DNA from: Leptolyngbyaceae cyanobacterium
GTDB lineage: Bacteria; Cyanobacteriota; Cyanobacteriia; Phormidesmidales; Phormidesmidaceae
Assembly: GCA_050330865.1 (NCBI GenBank)
Contig: JBHJHM010000076.1
Coordinates: 1,649 to 65,648 of the forward strand
Reading direction: 5' to 3'
Length of the DNA stretch: 64,000 nucleotides
Shown here one piece after another: positions 21,377-32,124 of the stretch (position 1 is its first letter; each line of letters opens with the position of its first letter). A program made the position numbers and the translations under genes. The notes beneath the pieces are model-generated. The model had not been told where the DNA came from and ran no database searches. It was given only the letters and a program-made list of their open reading frames with translations.

Positions 21377-22177
21377 ATGACTTTCAAAGATATCGGTGGG
21401 TTTCTGATTTTTTCGTCGTCGCTGGCGCTCTTGCTGCTGCTGGTGTTTGGTGTACTCCAGTGGCTACACATACCATCGGGCAGCTTTCTGGATTGGATGA
21501 TTGGGATTGCTAGCTTTTGGTGGTTGCTGGTAATTGTCACCGTTCCTTGGAATATTCATTTTGCCGCCAAGAAAGTCCTCACGGAAGCTGATGAGTCGCG
21601 CCAGCGGGGTATTCCGGTTGAGGTAACTCAGCTGAATTACGTCGGCAAGGTTGCTCGTTGGTCATTCTGGAGCGCGATCGCGCTGCACGGTCTGTCGGCG
21701 CTCGGGCTGTATGGGCTTGCTGCTGGTGATGTTAGCGCCATTGGCTACATCGGCTCCATTGCTGCGCTGCTGCTAACAGGGCTACGTCCAGCGGTCTCCC
21801 TATGTCAGTATCTGATTGATCGGCTGCAGACCATTCAGCGCATTATTAAATATCCTCGTGAGGATGTCGTGGACCTCAAGCAGCGATTAGCAAAATTGGA
21901 GACAACGCTGACAACGCTTGCCTATCAGCTCAACCTGGATACGGACGACTCGGTTGAGCACCCAGATAGTTGGGCAACGATGCAGAAGCAAACGCTAGCG
22001 GCTCTGCGTCGGGATTTCACCCAGCTAGCCGTAGGCATCGAAGATCTCCGGGTGACTAATCAGGCTGATCATGACCGGCTTGCAAGAGAAGCTCGCAATG
22101 CAATTGCTCAACTCAGCACCGATAGCCAATTTCTCGAACATGTCCGGGAAATCATTCGCTTCTTTAAAGCAGCATGA
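21377..22177 (+). CDS. Hypothetical membrane protein with C-terminal coiled-coil
   Basis: 266 aa with about 4 N-terminal TM helices, then a heptad-like region (LKQRLAKLETTLTTLAYQL). No family recognised. Confidence 0.55.
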   Translation: MTFKDIGGFLIFSSSLALLLLLVFGVLQWLHIPSGSFLDWMIGIASFWWLLVIVTVPWNIHFAAKKVLTEADESRQRGIPVEVTQLNYVGKVARWSFWSAIALHGLSALGLYGLAAGDVSAIGYIGSIAALLLTGLRPAVSLCQYLIDRLQTIQRIIKYPREDVVDLKQRLAKLETTLTTLAYQLNLDTDDSVEHPDSWATMQKQTLAALRRDFTQLAVGIEDLRVTNQADHDRLAREARNAIAQLSTDSQFLEHVREIIRFFKAA

Positions 22178-22237
22178 CCCATCTCGTCGCTTTGCTCACG
22201 GCCTCTGCTTCTGAGGCCGAACCAGTTAAAACTCGCC

Positions 22238-22918
22238 CTAGAGATAGGGGGTCACGTCCTCGCCGCAGTCATCCGCCAGGTAGGATAAAGCCCGAAACCG
22301 TAACCCTACCAGCTGGTCATACAAAGGATTCAACTTGCACATTGGGGGAATGTGAACAATCTTACGACCAAACAAAGTTACATCCCGCTCAAAGGGACAT
22401 TGGGCAGGGACTAGCTTACAGACGAAGCGAGCCAAGCGAGGATCATGAACTTCTAGCTGATCAAGCCATTCACGGGCAGGCTTTAGCGGTTCAATGCTAT
22501 GGTCCTTGTCCGGGCTACCTGCAATGCCAGAGGGAGCGTTGCGATCGTACAGAGTCGAGCGTACCGACTCTAAGACCTGTCCTTCGAGCCCTAACGCTTT
22601 GCAGAAACCCTGTAGTTTCTCATCTTCCTCCGTTGAGTAAACGCCGTCGGCCAGCGCTACCATTACAGCCATACGCAAGAAGTTTTCAGCAGCATCACTC
22701 TCCTGGCCCAGGACATCTGCAATTTCCAGAGGGGAGACCGGCTCCAGTGTGTCGAAAAAATTTAAGCTAGGCGCAAGCTCCTCTTGCGTCATGGAAGTGA
22801 TTAGGCTTTTCTCATCTTCGTCGAAGTGACCATCTGCCCAGGCAACCGTCAACAAACCCCGTAGCCAAATCTGGATTTGCTCGGGCGTGTAGGGAGATTC
22901 AATAGTTACGGATGACAT
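22238..22918 (-). CDS. TerB-like domain fused to Mo-dependent-nitrogenase C-terminal-like domain protein
   Basis: 226 aa. The N-terminal half has paired ADG..D..E segments typical of TerB (VAWADGHFDEDEK and VALADGVYSTEEDEK). The C-terminal part has a Cys-containing VPAQCPFERDVTLFGRKIVHIPPMCKLNP block. Confidence 0.6.
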   Translation of the reverse strand: MSSVTIESPYTPEQIQIWLRGLLTVAWADGHFDEDEKSLITSMTQEELAPSLNFFDTLEPVSPLEIADVLGQESDAAENFLRMAVMVALADGVYSTEEDEKLQGFCKALGLEGQVLESVRSTLYDRNAPSGIAGSPDKDHSIEPLKPAREWLDQLEVHDPRLARFVCKLVPAQCPFERDVTLFGRKIVHIPPMCKLNPLYDQLVGLRFRALSYLADDCGEDVTPYL

Positions 22919-23033
22919 ATGACACCGTCACACTACACAGCAATAGTTTAAAATCAATGCGATTCAATTCTATACTTGTCCTTCAGTGGACAAAGACACT
23001 CTAACGGACGAATTCATACTTAGAGCTGTTATT

Positions 23034-23624
23034 TCAAGATTTGCTCAAAGTTTGCCTCAAGGAAGACCCCGTTTTGCCGGTAAAAACCCACCAAACGGCT
23101 CTAGCACCATCCCGTAAGCCTCGTGCAAGCGACTCAGACTCAGGATGCTCGGAAGGAACCGGTATTGTTTGAAAGGCAATGTCGTGTCGCCCTAGCACAA
23201 TCTGCCCGATAATGGCTGCCCGTCTCATGTGATAGTCAGAGGTGACAAGGTAAACGCTTTGAATGCCCTGCGCTTTCAGGTCACGCACAATAGTTGTAAA
23301 ATTCGTCACCGTATCAACAGCCCGGTAATCTAGGTGAACTCGCACTGCTTCAACATTGGCTTCCTGAAAGAGCCATTCAGCATATTCAGGATTTGTTCCT
23401 GAAGAGACCCAAACTTCTAAAGCCGGATTCTGGCGGGCTAGCTCCGCAGCAAAGTGTTCTCTTTGGGCGTCTCCTCCTAGGACCAAAATAGCTTGGGGCT
23501 CTCTGAGTTTAGCCTTCATCTGGCCGTACCCAATCCAGAGGGTCGGCACGAGCACCAGCATCGACCAGAAGCGCCAACGATGTCTGGATTTGTGTCGCTG
23601 TGGCATACCTGATGGGGTCCTCAA
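23034..23624 (-). CDS. DUF218 / YdcF-ElyC family protein
   Basis: 196 aa. N-terminal TM helix, ILVLGGD motif and a VTSDYHMRRA block. Confidence 0.7.
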   Translation of the reverse strand: MRTPSGMPQRHKSRHRWRFWSMLVLVPTLWIGYGQMKAKLREPQAILVLGGDAQREHFAAELARQNPALEVWVSSGTNPEYAEWLFQEANVEAVRVHLDYRAVDTVTNFTTIVRDLKAQGIQSVYLVTSDYHMRRAAIIGQIVLGRHDIAFQTIPVPSEHPESESLARGLRDGARAVWWVFTGKTGSSLRQTLSKS

Positions 23625-23700
23625 TTGCGGGGGAGTAGATCTTTTAGAATAGCCATCCTATCCTGACATGAGTAGCCTAAGAGAAAAAGAAAATATAGTC

Positions 23701-23737
23701 TAAAAATCCTCTCCAAAGAAGAGCTTTGAAGAGGATT
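23701..23737 (-). terminator. Candidate intrinsic terminator downstream of the 23845-24426 gene
   Basis: 13-bp stem with one mismatch (23706-23718 pairs with 23725-23737), followed on the minus strand by a T-run. Confidence 0.45.
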
Positions 23738-23844
23738 GTATGGGCAGTCTGCGTCGGACCCTGTCATATCCTTGCGGATTCTTTCAACAGGTGTTGTCGC
23801 AAACCTATGTTCCGTAGAAATCTGGCATTGCCAATTGCAACGAT

Positions 23845-24426
23845 CTAGCCCATGGAAGCAGACTGACGTCGTACCTGCTTAGCCATGTCTTTAAAGGGTG
23901 AAATGCTAGGGCCTGGACGACGACGGGGCGATCGATTCACCTTAGGGTTGACCAGGTAATCGGTTGCGAAATTGGTGACCTGCGGAGTAGTGGGCTGCTT
24001 GCGCGATTGAGCCATTGAAGGCTGAGGAGTCGCGGGTCCTGCAGAAGCTGACTGAGCAGCGGCAGCTGCTTTGTTTTTCTTCTTAGAGCGCTTTTTGGCC
24101 TTCGTAGGCGCTGAGGCTTCTGCTGAAGCCTCCGGCGATGCAGGTTGTGCTGCCGCTGTGCTATCTACATCCTGTTGATCGACATACTCGGCCTTTTGTC
24201 CAAAGCCAAGCATCTTAGAGATGCCACCAGAGTTTTGCTTTGCTTCAGCCGTGGATGTTGTCGCAGGAGCAGCCGTCGTAGCTACGGGTGTTGCAGTAAC
24301 AGCCGATGCGGTTGGCGCCGATGCGGCTTCATCCAACTCCATGTAGAATCCATCACGCTTGCCGAAACCAAGCAAGCCGCCAAAAAAGGCAAAAATTCCG
24401 CCCAAAATCTTCTTAATCAGACCCAT
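23845..24426 (-). CDS. Hypothetical protein: N-terminal amphipathic/hydrophobic helix, Ala/Pro/Thr-rich disordered core, basic C-terminus
   Basis: 193 aa. The sequence runs MGLIKKILGGIFAFFGGLLGFG, then low-complexity A/T/S/P, then KKRSKKKNK and RRRPGPS. Confidence 0.5.
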   Translation of the reverse strand: MGLIKKILGGIFAFFGGLLGFGKRDGFYMELDEAASAPTASAVTATPVATTAAPATTSTAEAKQNSGGISKMLGFGQKAEYVDQQDVDSTAAAQPASPEASAEASAPTKAKKRSKKKNKAAAAAQSASAGPATPQPSMAQSRKQPTTPQVTNFATDYLVNPKVNRSPRRRPGPSISPFKDMAKQVRRQSASMG

Positions 24427-24582
24427 ATCAATACTCCCAACTGGGTTGTTGTCCCAAATTGATTGACCCAGCGTAGATAGACACGCTTCGATGCGTCTAC
24501 AAACCTGTGTGAACCATTATTAAATCTGGTTCACAAACAAGGCAAGTTATCAGCAGCTTCGTTCAAGAAAGTTAATAGAAAC

Positions 24583-24606
24583 GGCGATCCAGCTTTCTGG
24601 ATCGCC
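24583..24606 (-). terminator. Intrinsic terminator of clpC
   Basis: Perfect 10-bp stem ggcgatccag/ctggatcgcc with a 4-nt loop, 45 nt past the clpC stop. A T-rich run follows on the minus strand. Confidence 0.65.
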
Positions 24607-24650
24607 GCACACACAGCTATGTTTCAGCAGTTTTGAGAATCAAACGATGA

Positions 24651-27122
24651 CTAGTCAGCCGCTGCCGGAGTCAAGAGCTCGCGTCGCTGGCCGGGCTGAA
24701 TCGTCACCTTGCCTGCGTCATCGACATCAACAACTGCAGTATCGCCTTCGCCCAGACGGCCCGAGAGAATTTCCTCAGCAAGCGTATCCTCTAGCAGACG
24801 CATGATGGCGCGGCGTAAAGGACGTGCCCCATAGCTGGGGTTGTAGCCCTCTTCAACCAGGCGATCTTTGAATCGTTCGGTAACTTCCAGGGTGATGCCT
24901 TGCTCCGTTAGGCGACCAAAGACTTCCTTCAGCAGAATGTCAGAGATTTGCTTGACCTCATCTTTCGTAAGCTGACGGAAGACAATAATCTCATCCAATC
25001 GGTTTAAGAACTCAGGCCGGAAGTACTGCTTCAGCTCTTCGTTGACCAAAGAACGGATGCGGTTGTACTGCGATTCGGCTTGATTCTCTTCGAAGTCGAA
25101 ACCGAGGCCTCCGCCTCCCTTCTCAATGACCTTGGAGCCAATGTTTGAGGTCATAATGAGCAGTGTGTTCTTAAAGTCAACAGTTCTTCCCTTAGCGTCG
25201 GTCAAACGGCCATCTTCAAGAATCTGCAGCAGCATGTTGAAGACATCCGGGTGGGCCTTTTCGATTTCGTCAAAGAGGACCACAGTATAAGGCCGACGGC
25301 GAACTGCTTCGGTGAGCTGTCCGCCCTCGTTGTAGCCAACGTAGCCAGGAGGCGAACCAATTAACTTAGAAACCGTATGACGCTCCATGAACTCAGACAT
25401 ATCCAACCGAATCATGGCTTCTTCAGAGCCGAAGAAATAGGCTGCCAAGGATTTCGCTAATTCGGTTTTACCGACCCCTGTAGGACCGGAGAAGACGAAA
25501 CTTGCAATGGGTCGATTGGGACTCTTAAGGCCCACGCGAGCTCTACGAATAGCTCGGGAAATGGCTTTAACCGCCTCATCCTGTCCGACTAACCGCTGGT
25601 GCAGAGTATCTTCCATATGCAACAGTTTCTCAGACTCGGACTCAGTCAGCTTGTTGACCGGTACACCTGTCCAAGACGCTACGATGTGGGCGATATCTTC
25701 CTCTGTAACCGAGGGTGAATCGTCACCATTATCCGACTCCGTTTTCTTGTTCTGAGCAATTGTGCGGATCTCGGCCTTGATTTCCATTTCGCGATCGCGC
25801 AACTCCCCAGCTCGATCAAAGTCTTGGGATCTTACAGCGTTGTCTTTTTCCTTCAATAGCTGACGCAGTTCCTTGTCTAGCTCCTTAGCTGCGGGAGGCA
25901 ACTGCGAATTGATCAGGCGAACCCGGGAGCCGGCTTCATCAATCAGGTCAATAGCCTTGTCTGGCAAATAGCGATCAGAGATGTAGCGATCAGAGAGCTT
26001 CGCAGCTGCTTCTAAGGCCTCATCTTCAATCTTGAGCTTGTGATGCTGTTCGTAGCGATCCCGCAGACCATGGAGGATTTCAATCGTCTCATCGACGCTG
26101 GGCTCACCTACCATGACTGGCTGGAAGCGGCGTTCCAGGGCAGCGTCTCGCTCGATGTGTTTACGGTACTCATCAAGGGTTGTAGCCCCAATGCACTGCA
26201 GTTCACCCCGAGCTAGGGCCGGTTTCAGAATATTGGCAGCGTCAATGGCGCCCTCAGCTGCACCCGCCCCGATCAAGGTATGCACCTCATCAATAACCAA
26301 GATGACATTGCCCGCTGAGCGGATCTCATCCATGATCTTCTTGAGGCGTTCCTCAAACTCACCTCGGTATTTGGTCCCGGCTACCAGCAAGCCGATATCC
26401 AACGTAACCACCCGCTTTTCTTCCAAAATATCGGGAATGTCGCCATTGGTAATGCGCTGGGCCAGCCCCTCGGCGATCGCGGTCTTACCTACACCGGGCT
26501 CACCAATCAGCACCGGATTATTCTTGGTGCGACGCCCCAGAATCTGGATTACGCGCTCGATTTCGGTCTGACGTCCCACGACTGGGTCAAGCTTGCCTTC
26601 GCCAGCCATTTGCGTCAAGTTGGCACCAAACTCATCCAACGTTGGCGTCTTGGTTCGCCCTTGACTTCCCCCTGCAGAGACTTCAGCCGTTTCACCCAAC
26701 ATCCGAATGACCTGGGTTCGTACCTTGGACAAATCAACGCCCAAGTTTTCCAGCACACGGGCAGCGACGCCCTCTCCCTCACGAATCAGCCCTAACAATA
26801 AATGTTCTGTTCCAATATAGTTGTGCCCAAGCTGACGAGCCTCCTCTAAAGAAAGCTCTAAGACGCGCTTGGCACGAGGCGTAAATGGAATCTCAACGGC
26901 CACAAAGCCTGAGCCGCGACCAATGATTTTCTCAACCTCAATTCGTGCATCCTTGAGGTTGACGCCCATCGACTTGAGAACTTTAGCGGCAACGCCCGTT
27001 CCCTCTCCTATGAGGCCCAGGAGGATTTGCTCAGTTCCCACGAAGTTGTGGCCCAGGCGGCGGGCTTCTTCTTGGGCGAGCATGATAACTTTGATGGCTT
27101 TTTCTGTGAAGCGTTCAAACAT
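24651..27122 (-). CDS. clpC: ATP-dependent Clp protease ATP-binding subunit ClpC
   Basis: Clp_N repeats ([32 protein letters not shown]), a UVR motif and two AAA+ modules (GEPGVGKT and GPTGVGKT). I placed the start at the ATG 27120-27122, because the 32-aa upstream ORF extension is not Clp-like. Confidence 0.93.
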   Translation of the reverse strand: MFERFTEKAIKVIMLAQEEARRLGHNFVGTEQILLGLIGEGTGVAAKVLKSMGVNLKDARIEVEKIIGRGSGFVAVEIPFTPRAKRVLELSLEEARQLGHNYIGTEHLLLGLIREGEGVAARVLENLGVDLSKVRTQVIRMLGETAEVSAGGSQGRTKTPTLDEFGANLTQMAGEGKLDPVVGRQTEIERVIQILGRRTKNNPVLIGEPGVGKTAIAEGLAQRITNGDIPDILEEKRVVTLDIGLLVAGTKYRGEFEERLKKIMDEIRSAGNVILVIDEVHTLIGAGAAEGAIDAANILKPALARGELQCIGATTLDEYRKHIERDAALERRFQPVMVGEPSVDETIEILHGLRDRYEQHHKLKIEDEALEAAAKLSDRYISDRYLPDKAIDLIDEAGSRVRLINSQLPPAAKELDKELRQLLKEKDNAVRSQDFDRAGELRDREMEIKAEIRTIAQNKKTESDNGDDSPSVTEEDIAHIVASWTGVPVNKLTESESEKLLHMEDTLHQRLVGQDEAVKAISRAIRRARVGLKSPNRPIASFVFSGPTGVGKTELAKSLAAYFFGSEEAMIRLDMSEFMERHTVSKLIGSPPGYVGYNEGGQLTEAVRRRPYTVVLFDEIEKAHPDVFNMLLQILEDGRLTDAKGRTVDFKNTLLIMTSNIGSKVIEKGGGGLGFDFEENQAESQYNRIRSLVNEELKQYFRPEFLNRLDEIIVFRQLTKDEVKQISDILLKEVFGRLTEQGITLEVTERFKDRLVEEGYNPSYGARPLRRAIMRLLEDTLAEEILSGRLGEGDTAVVDVDDAGKVTIQPGQRRELLTPAAAD

Positions 27123-27759
27123 TAGTTGAAGTCCAAATACCTGCTGCGCGCTGGTTAGGGTGATTCTAGCACAGGGGTATTGGTGAACTGTGGCCCGGTA
27201 CACAGTGGTGAAATCCACACCGTATCCAAGTTCATAAGTATGGTGGAAGTCACGATCAAAGACGCTACGGGCGTTTGCTCTTCGTATCGAAAACTGGCAA
27301 CTCAGGCTGAATTAAAGCCGAGGTGCAAGCAATAGCCGAGCAGAAGGCTGAATTTCAAGTTGGCTGCTGTAAATTCATCATTCAGGACCTGAAATCTTGG
27401 ATGAAAGACGCTTTCAGTTCTCGAGTTGGCGGTGGACTAATTTGGACTAATTTGGAGCAGGACTTCAGCCGTTGAATTCGGCTTGTTCCCTTATCTCTCA
27501 TTACTGGGGAAGACCGGATGCAAGGCTCCTCAGAAGAATTGGGGGATTTAGCCAGCTATTGTGTAAGCCCCAAGGACATAACAGCTGTGGTCGTTGAAAA
27601 TATCGAAGCTAGACGTCTTTAGAATGTCTCAAGCGTTGTTGACTTAGCCGGGGCAATGTTTCTTTGTGTTCTCAGATACAGAGGTTTCTACTTTCTTAAT
27701 TATTCTTCAACGGGAGATGGGGCATTTCAGGATATTAGGTGGCAGAAGATAAATCATGC

Positions 27760-28341
27760 TTAATGTCTGGATGACATCGGCAAAACATCTACAGTTTGCC
27801 AACCGTGCTGGCTGAGTTTGTACTTACAGCTGTTGGTCCAGGTGTGGAGTGCTTGGCTGAAGGCAGCGTTCTGGAGTCCACTCCGCCACAAGATCAGAGC
27901 ATTCTCACCATCGGTATAGTATTGCCGACGTTCGCCGGCAACTTGAAACCCCAGCTTCTGGTACAGCGCCTGAGCCTGGTGGTTAGATTGACGGACTTCT
28001 AGCGTGGCGTGAGTCAGACCGCGATCGCAGGCTCGGCCCAAAAGTTTGAGTAGCAGCCACTGGCCTAACCCCTGTTGCCGCTGGCTAGGGGCGATTCCCA
28101 ATAGTGTGATGTGGGCCTCCTCTAAAATAGCCCACGAACACCCGACGCCAATAAGGGCCGGCAGGTGTTCGTGGGCAGATTCAGTTCCGAATGCTTCTAA
28201 AATCAACAAATCGCTGTTAGGGCTCTCAACCTCTCGCTGATAACCAGCATGGCTCCATAAGCCACCAAAGCAAGCCTGATCGAGCTCTAAAACGGTGGGT
28301 AAGTCAGCCATCACAAGCGGACGACAGTGCAAGAAAACCAT
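27760..28341 (-). CDS. rimI: Ribosomal-protein-alanine N-acetyltransferase-like GNAT
   Basis: GNAT core (QRQQGLGQWLL, LEVRQSNHQAQALYQKLGF). The start is uncertain between the ATG at 28341 and the GTG at 28377. Confidence 0.65.
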   Translation of the reverse strand: MVFLHCRPLVMADLPTVLELDQACFGGLWSHAGYQREVESPNSDLLILEAFGTESAHEHLPALIGVGCSWAILEEAHITLLGIAPSQRQQGLGQWLLLKLLGRACDRGLTHATLEVRQSNHQAQALYQKLGFQVAGERRQYYTDGENALILWRSGLQNAAFSQALHTWTNSCKYKLSQHGWQTVDVLPMSSRH

Positions 28342-28439
28342 GAATAACCGCCAGCTTTCGGGCTCCCAATTGTACACTGGTGTCTTGAGCTAAGGTTTCG
28401 GTGTCCCTACCTTTATCGCGAAGCAGCAGTAATTAATCT

Positions 28440-29858
28440 ATGGTTTCAACTGTCGAGTCTCCCAACGCCGATCTGAATGCTCCATCTGTTCGTTCAGACG
28501 CTGCCGCGGGACAAAATCCTGCGCCTAACCAATCACTTCTGCCTTTGACGGCTCATGTATCTGAGGCTGATCACTTGATCGTAGGAGGCTGCGATGTGAT
28601 TCGCCTGGTTGAGCAGTTTGGTTCACCTCTATATATCTTGGATGAAACCACTCTGAGAAAAGCCTGCCAGCAATATCGCCATGCTATGGCGCGCTACTAT
28701 CCAGGTGAAACCTTAGTTCTCTATGCCTCTAAAGCTTGGAGCTGCTTAGCCGTTTGTGCGATCGTCTCCAGTGAGGGCCTGGGGGTTGATGTGGTCTCTG
28801 GTGGAGAACTCTTTACTGCAATTGAGGCCGGTGTGGCCGCAGAGTCGATCTATTTCCACGGTAATAATAAATCGTCAGCTGAGCTGGCGTTCGCGATTGA
28901 AACGGGCTGCCGGATTATGGTGGATAACTGGCATGAACTCCACTTACTGACCCAGCTGATCGCAACCTCGGAAGTGACGATTCCTATTCTGTTGCGTCTG
29001 ACGCCTGGTATCGAGTGCCATACCCATGAATACATTCGCACCGGCCACTTGGACAGTAAGTTTGGCTTCGACCCTGATCAGATTGAGGCCGTTTTTCGGT
29101 ACGTGAGTGAGCACCCTCGACTGAAATGCATCGGCCTGCATGCCCACATTGGTTCGCAGATCTTTGAACTTCAGCCCCATGCTGATTTACCAGGTGTGCT
29201 GGTGGAATGGATGCAGCGGGCTGCTGACTTTGGACTTCCCATTACGGAGCTGAATATTGGGGGAGGTTTAGGGATTCGCTATACCGAAGCAGATGATCCG
29301 CCCAGCATTGATCAGTGGGTTCGAACGGTTGCGGAGTCGGTAGCAAATGCCTGCCATGAGAGGGGGATCCCATTGCCTCGTTTGCTGTGTGAACCGGGGC
29401 GATCGCTGATTGGTTCAGCCTGCGTCACCGCTTATACCGTTGGCAGCCAGAAAACTGTTCCTGGCATACGGACCTATGTAGCTGTGGATGGTGGTATGTC
29501 CGATAATCCCCGGCCTATCACTTACCAATCGGCCTATCGTGCCTTTGTCGCAAACCGGATGTCGGCTCCTTTGACGGAGAAAATAACCCTGGCAGGCAAG
29601 CACTGTGAATCAGGCGATGTCTTAATTCCAGAGGCATCCCTGCCCACCGTTGCACCAGATGATGTTGTCGTCATTGCAGCGACAGGTGCTTACAATTACA
29701 GTATGGCTTCAAACTACAATAGAGTACCGAGACCTGCCGCTGTTTTGGTGAGTCATGGCGAAGCGCATCTCATCATCCGGCGGGAAACGTTACACGATCT
29801 AATTCGTCAGGATTATCTGCCAGCAGTCATTGCACCAGAGGTCTCCTGGGATAAATAA
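28440..29858 (+). CDS. lysA: Diaminopimelate decarboxylase
   Basis: 472 aa with PLP-dependent Orn/DAP/Arg decarboxylase motifs (YASKAW, HIGSQI, GGGLGI, EPGRSL, CESGD). Confidence 0.9.
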   Translation: MVSTVESPNADLNAPSVRSDAAAGQNPAPNQSLLPLTAHVSEADHLIVGGCDVIRLVEQFGSPLYILDETTLRKACQQYRHAMARYYPGETLVLYASKAWSCLAVCAIVSSEGLGVDVVSGGELFTAIEAGVAAESIYFHGNNKSSAELAFAIETGCRIMVDNWHELHLLTQLIATSEVTIPILLRLTPGIECHTHEYIRTGHLDSKFGFDPDQIEAVFRYVSEHPRLKCIGLHAHIGSQIFELQPHADLPGVLVEWMQRAADFGLPITELNIGGGLGIRYTEADDPPSIDQWVRTVAESVANACHERGIPLPRLLCEPGRSLIGSACVTAYTVGSQKTVPGIRTYVAVDGGMSDNPRPITYQSAYRAFVANRMSAPLTEKITLAGKHCESGDVLIPEASLPTVAPDDVVVIAATGAYNYSMASNYNRVPRPAAVLVSHGEAHLIIRRETLHDLIRQDYLPAVIAPEVSWDK

Positions 29859-30003
29859 CTTGGTGCGGCTCATAACCGGATTGAGCACGTACAATTAGCT
29901 TTCGATGAGGCTCATGATGAAAGCATTTCTGCGGCACTTAAGCTTTCAAGAGCTTCGCATTATTGGTGATACCACCCGTTAAATTGACGCTACGGCACTG
30001 CAC

Positions 30004-30930
30004 ATGGGGCAACTCTGGGAGCAAGGGCGGATAATCCTCGAATTTCTTGGAGGATGGCCACTGCGGCTCCTAGACGGAGTGCTTGTGGTGTTATTGGTGT
30101 ATACCATCCTGGTTTTAATTGGCGAACGCCGAACGCTCTGGATGGTAAGGGGATTCATTATTTTGCTGTTGGCAGCGACCATCAGCCGGAATATTGGTCT
30201 GGCATTGCTAGGGTTTGTTCTGGATAAGTTGGTTGTTGGAGCCGCTGTGGCGATGGCGTTCATCTTGCAGGGAGAATTTCGGCGCTTGCTTGAGCAGATT
30301 GGTCGGGGGCGTCTGGGGCAACTGCTGATTATTAGCGATCGCGAACCCCTGCCGCAGCCTGACAGTGTCATTGACGAGCTGGTAGACGCCGTCAAGGAGC
30401 TATCGCAGAACCGTACTGGGGCTCTCATCATTGTGGAGACGGATCAGCCCATTGATGAACGCGATTTTTCGGTTCCGGGGGTACGGCTAAACGCTGAGAT
30501 TTCACGTGAGCTGCTGCAAACGATTTTCCAGACGACAACCCTGCTTCACGATGGTGCTGTGCTAATTCGCGGATCGCGAGTGATGGCGGCAGGTGTTATT
30601 TTACCGATTTCGGAACGCTCGGCTTCGCGCCAGCTCGGAACCCGCCACCGGGCTGCCATGGGAATTACCGAGCGAGTGGAAAACTGTCTCTGCATTGTGG
30701 TCTCTGAAGAAACCGGATCGATTTCACTCGCTGAGCAAGGAACGCTAAACCGGCCCCTAACCAGCAGTAAACTGAGGGAACTGTTGAGTGCCAAATTGAA
30801 CTTGACGGTTGATCGCGATTCCATGAGACCGCAGTTTCGCACCCTTAGGAAGCAACTGCGGAATCGGGGGCGATCGCTCTTACAAACCTTGTTACGTTTA
30901 CCGTCGTCCGCTTCTCGGGGAAAAAAATGA
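30004..30930 (+). CDS. cdaA: Diadenylate cyclase CdaA (c-di-AMP synthase)
   Basis: 308 aa. Three N-terminal TM helices precede a DisA_N/DAC domain ([42 protein letters not shown]). It sits in the lysA-cdaA-uppS order. Confidence 0.88.
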   Translation: MGQLWEQGRIILEFLGGWPLRLLDGVLVVLLVYTILVLIGERRTLWMVRGFIILLLAATISRNIGLALLGFVLDKLVVGAAVAMAFILQGEFRRLLEQIGRGRLGQLLIISDREPLPQPDSVIDELVDAVKELSQNRTGALIIVETDQPIDERDFSVPGVRLNAEISRELLQTIFQTTTLLHDGAVLIRGSRVMAAGVILPISERSASRQLGTRHRAAMGITERVENCLCIVVSEETGSISLAEQGTLNRPLTSSKLRELLSAKLNLTVDRDSMRPQFRTLRKQLRNRGRSLLQTLLRLPSSASRGKK

Positions 30931-31676
30931 CCGCTGAGCCCCTCGTGAAATCGTCTTTACCTGCCGATCTCCAGGTTGACCGTTTACCGCATCACGTTGC
31001 TGTCATTATGGACGGCAACGGTCGCTGGGCCAAGCAGCGGGGGCTGCCGCGCATCATGGGCCATCGACGGGGCGTTGATACGCTCAAGAAACTGCTGCGC
31101 CGTTGTGATGATTGGGGCATCGCTGCCCTAACGGCCTATGCTTTTTCGACTGAGAACTGGGGGCGCCCTCTAGAGGAAGTCGACTTTCTCATGACGTTGT
31201 TCGAACGGGTTTTACGCCAGGAGCTGGCTGAAATGATGACTGAAAATGTCCGTATTCAGTTTGTCGGCAATCTAGCGGCGCTGCCATCTTCCCTGCAAGA
31301 AGAAATTGATCGCGCCGTTCACCAGACTAAAGAGAATCCCGGTATCCAGTTCACGGTTGCTACTAACTATGGCGGACGCCAAGAAATTGTCCAAGCCTGT
31401 CGCGCGATCGCGACTCAAGTACAGCAAGGCGAACTCGCCCTTGATCAAATTGACGAGTCTGTCTTTAGCAGCCACCTTTACACTGCTGGCCTCAGTGATC
31501 CCGATCTACTCATCCGTACCAGCGGCGAAATGCGGATCAGCAATTTTCTGCTCTGGCAACTGGCCTATTCCGAAATTTACGTGACCGATGTCCTCTGGCC
31601 TGATTTTGATCAGGTGGAATTTCACCGGGCGTTGTGTGCATATCAGAAGCGCGATCGCCGATTTGGGAAGGTGTAG
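30927..31676 (+). CDS. uppS: Undecaprenyl-diphosphate (isoprenyl) synthase
   Basis: 249 aa with [21 protein letters not shown] and [18 protein letters not shown]. Its ATGA start overlaps the cdaA stop. Confidence 0.92.
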   Translation: MTAEPLVKSSLPADLQVDRLPHHVAVIMDGNGRWAKQRGLPRIMGHRRGVDTLKKLLRRCDDWGIAALTAYAFSTENWGRPLEEVDFLMTLFERVLRQELAEMMTENVRIQFVGNLAALPSSLQEEIDRAVHQTKENPGIQFTVATNYGGRQEIVQACRAIATQVQQGELALDQIDESVFSSHLYTAGLSDPDLLIRTSGEMRISNFLLWQLAYSEIYVTDVLWPDFDQVEFHRALCAYQKRDRRFGKV

Positions 31677-31696
31677 AGACGCAAAACTTTGGGCCT

Positions 31697-32059
31697 CTAC
31701 ACCGGGATTGAGACCGTCACTGCCGCGATCGCGACGTACATGTCGTCATTCTTGTCGTCGAGTTCGGGAATTGCCCGACCGGCAACCACCATACCGCCTA
31801 CTTCTAGCGATAATGTTTTTTGACCAAACGGCAGAACCGCGAGCACTTCATCCTGGCGGACAGATTCAGGAAAAGGGACCGCGATTTGAACATCGACAAG
31901 CATTTCATCGGGATGATCGAGACCCGCAACTTCCCAAACGCCAGGTAAGGCATTGTGAGCGATCGCATTCCGCACAGCCCGGGCAGCCGCCACCGTTGGA
32001 TCTTGACCATGCTGATCAACGCCCATGCCCATCTCAATCACCAATCGTCTTTGACTCAT
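31697..32059 (-). CDS. Lin0512-family conserved hypothetical protein
   Basis: 120 aa. The MGMGVDQHGQD..TVAAARAVRNAI block is typical of this family. Confidence 0.6.
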   Translation of the reverse strand: MSQRRLVIEMGMGVDQHGQDPTVAAARAVRNAIAHNALPGVWEVAGLDHPDEMLVDVQIAVPFPESVRQDEVLAVLPFGQKTLSLEVGGMVVAGRAIPELDDKNDDMYVAIAAVTVSIPV

Positions 32060-32124
32060 CTCGATCTCCTTGGATAAGGTTGCTTTAAGTTCAAGCGCGT
32101 CTGAATAGATGCCAACAGGCCATT

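Noticed and set aside
22174-22770. 198-aa plus-strand ORF overlapping the TerB-like gene
   Set aside because: It is a Pro/Arg/Ser-rich, low-complexity translation lying entirely antisense to a better ORF with recognisable domains. It is a typical shadow ORF.
27123-27218. 32-aa N-terminal extension of the clpC ORF
   Set aside because: ClpC proteins start at [12 protein letters not shown]. The extension has no homology features.
27401-27460. Tandem GGACTAATTT duplication in the clpC upstream region
   Set aside because: There are only two copies of a 10-mer, with no associated structure or ORF. It is most likely a slippage event of no clear significance.
31588-32088. 166-aa plus-strand ORF after uppS
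   Set aside because: It is Arg/Pro-rich and antisense to the Lin0512-family gene. It also overlaps the uppS 3' end in another frame.
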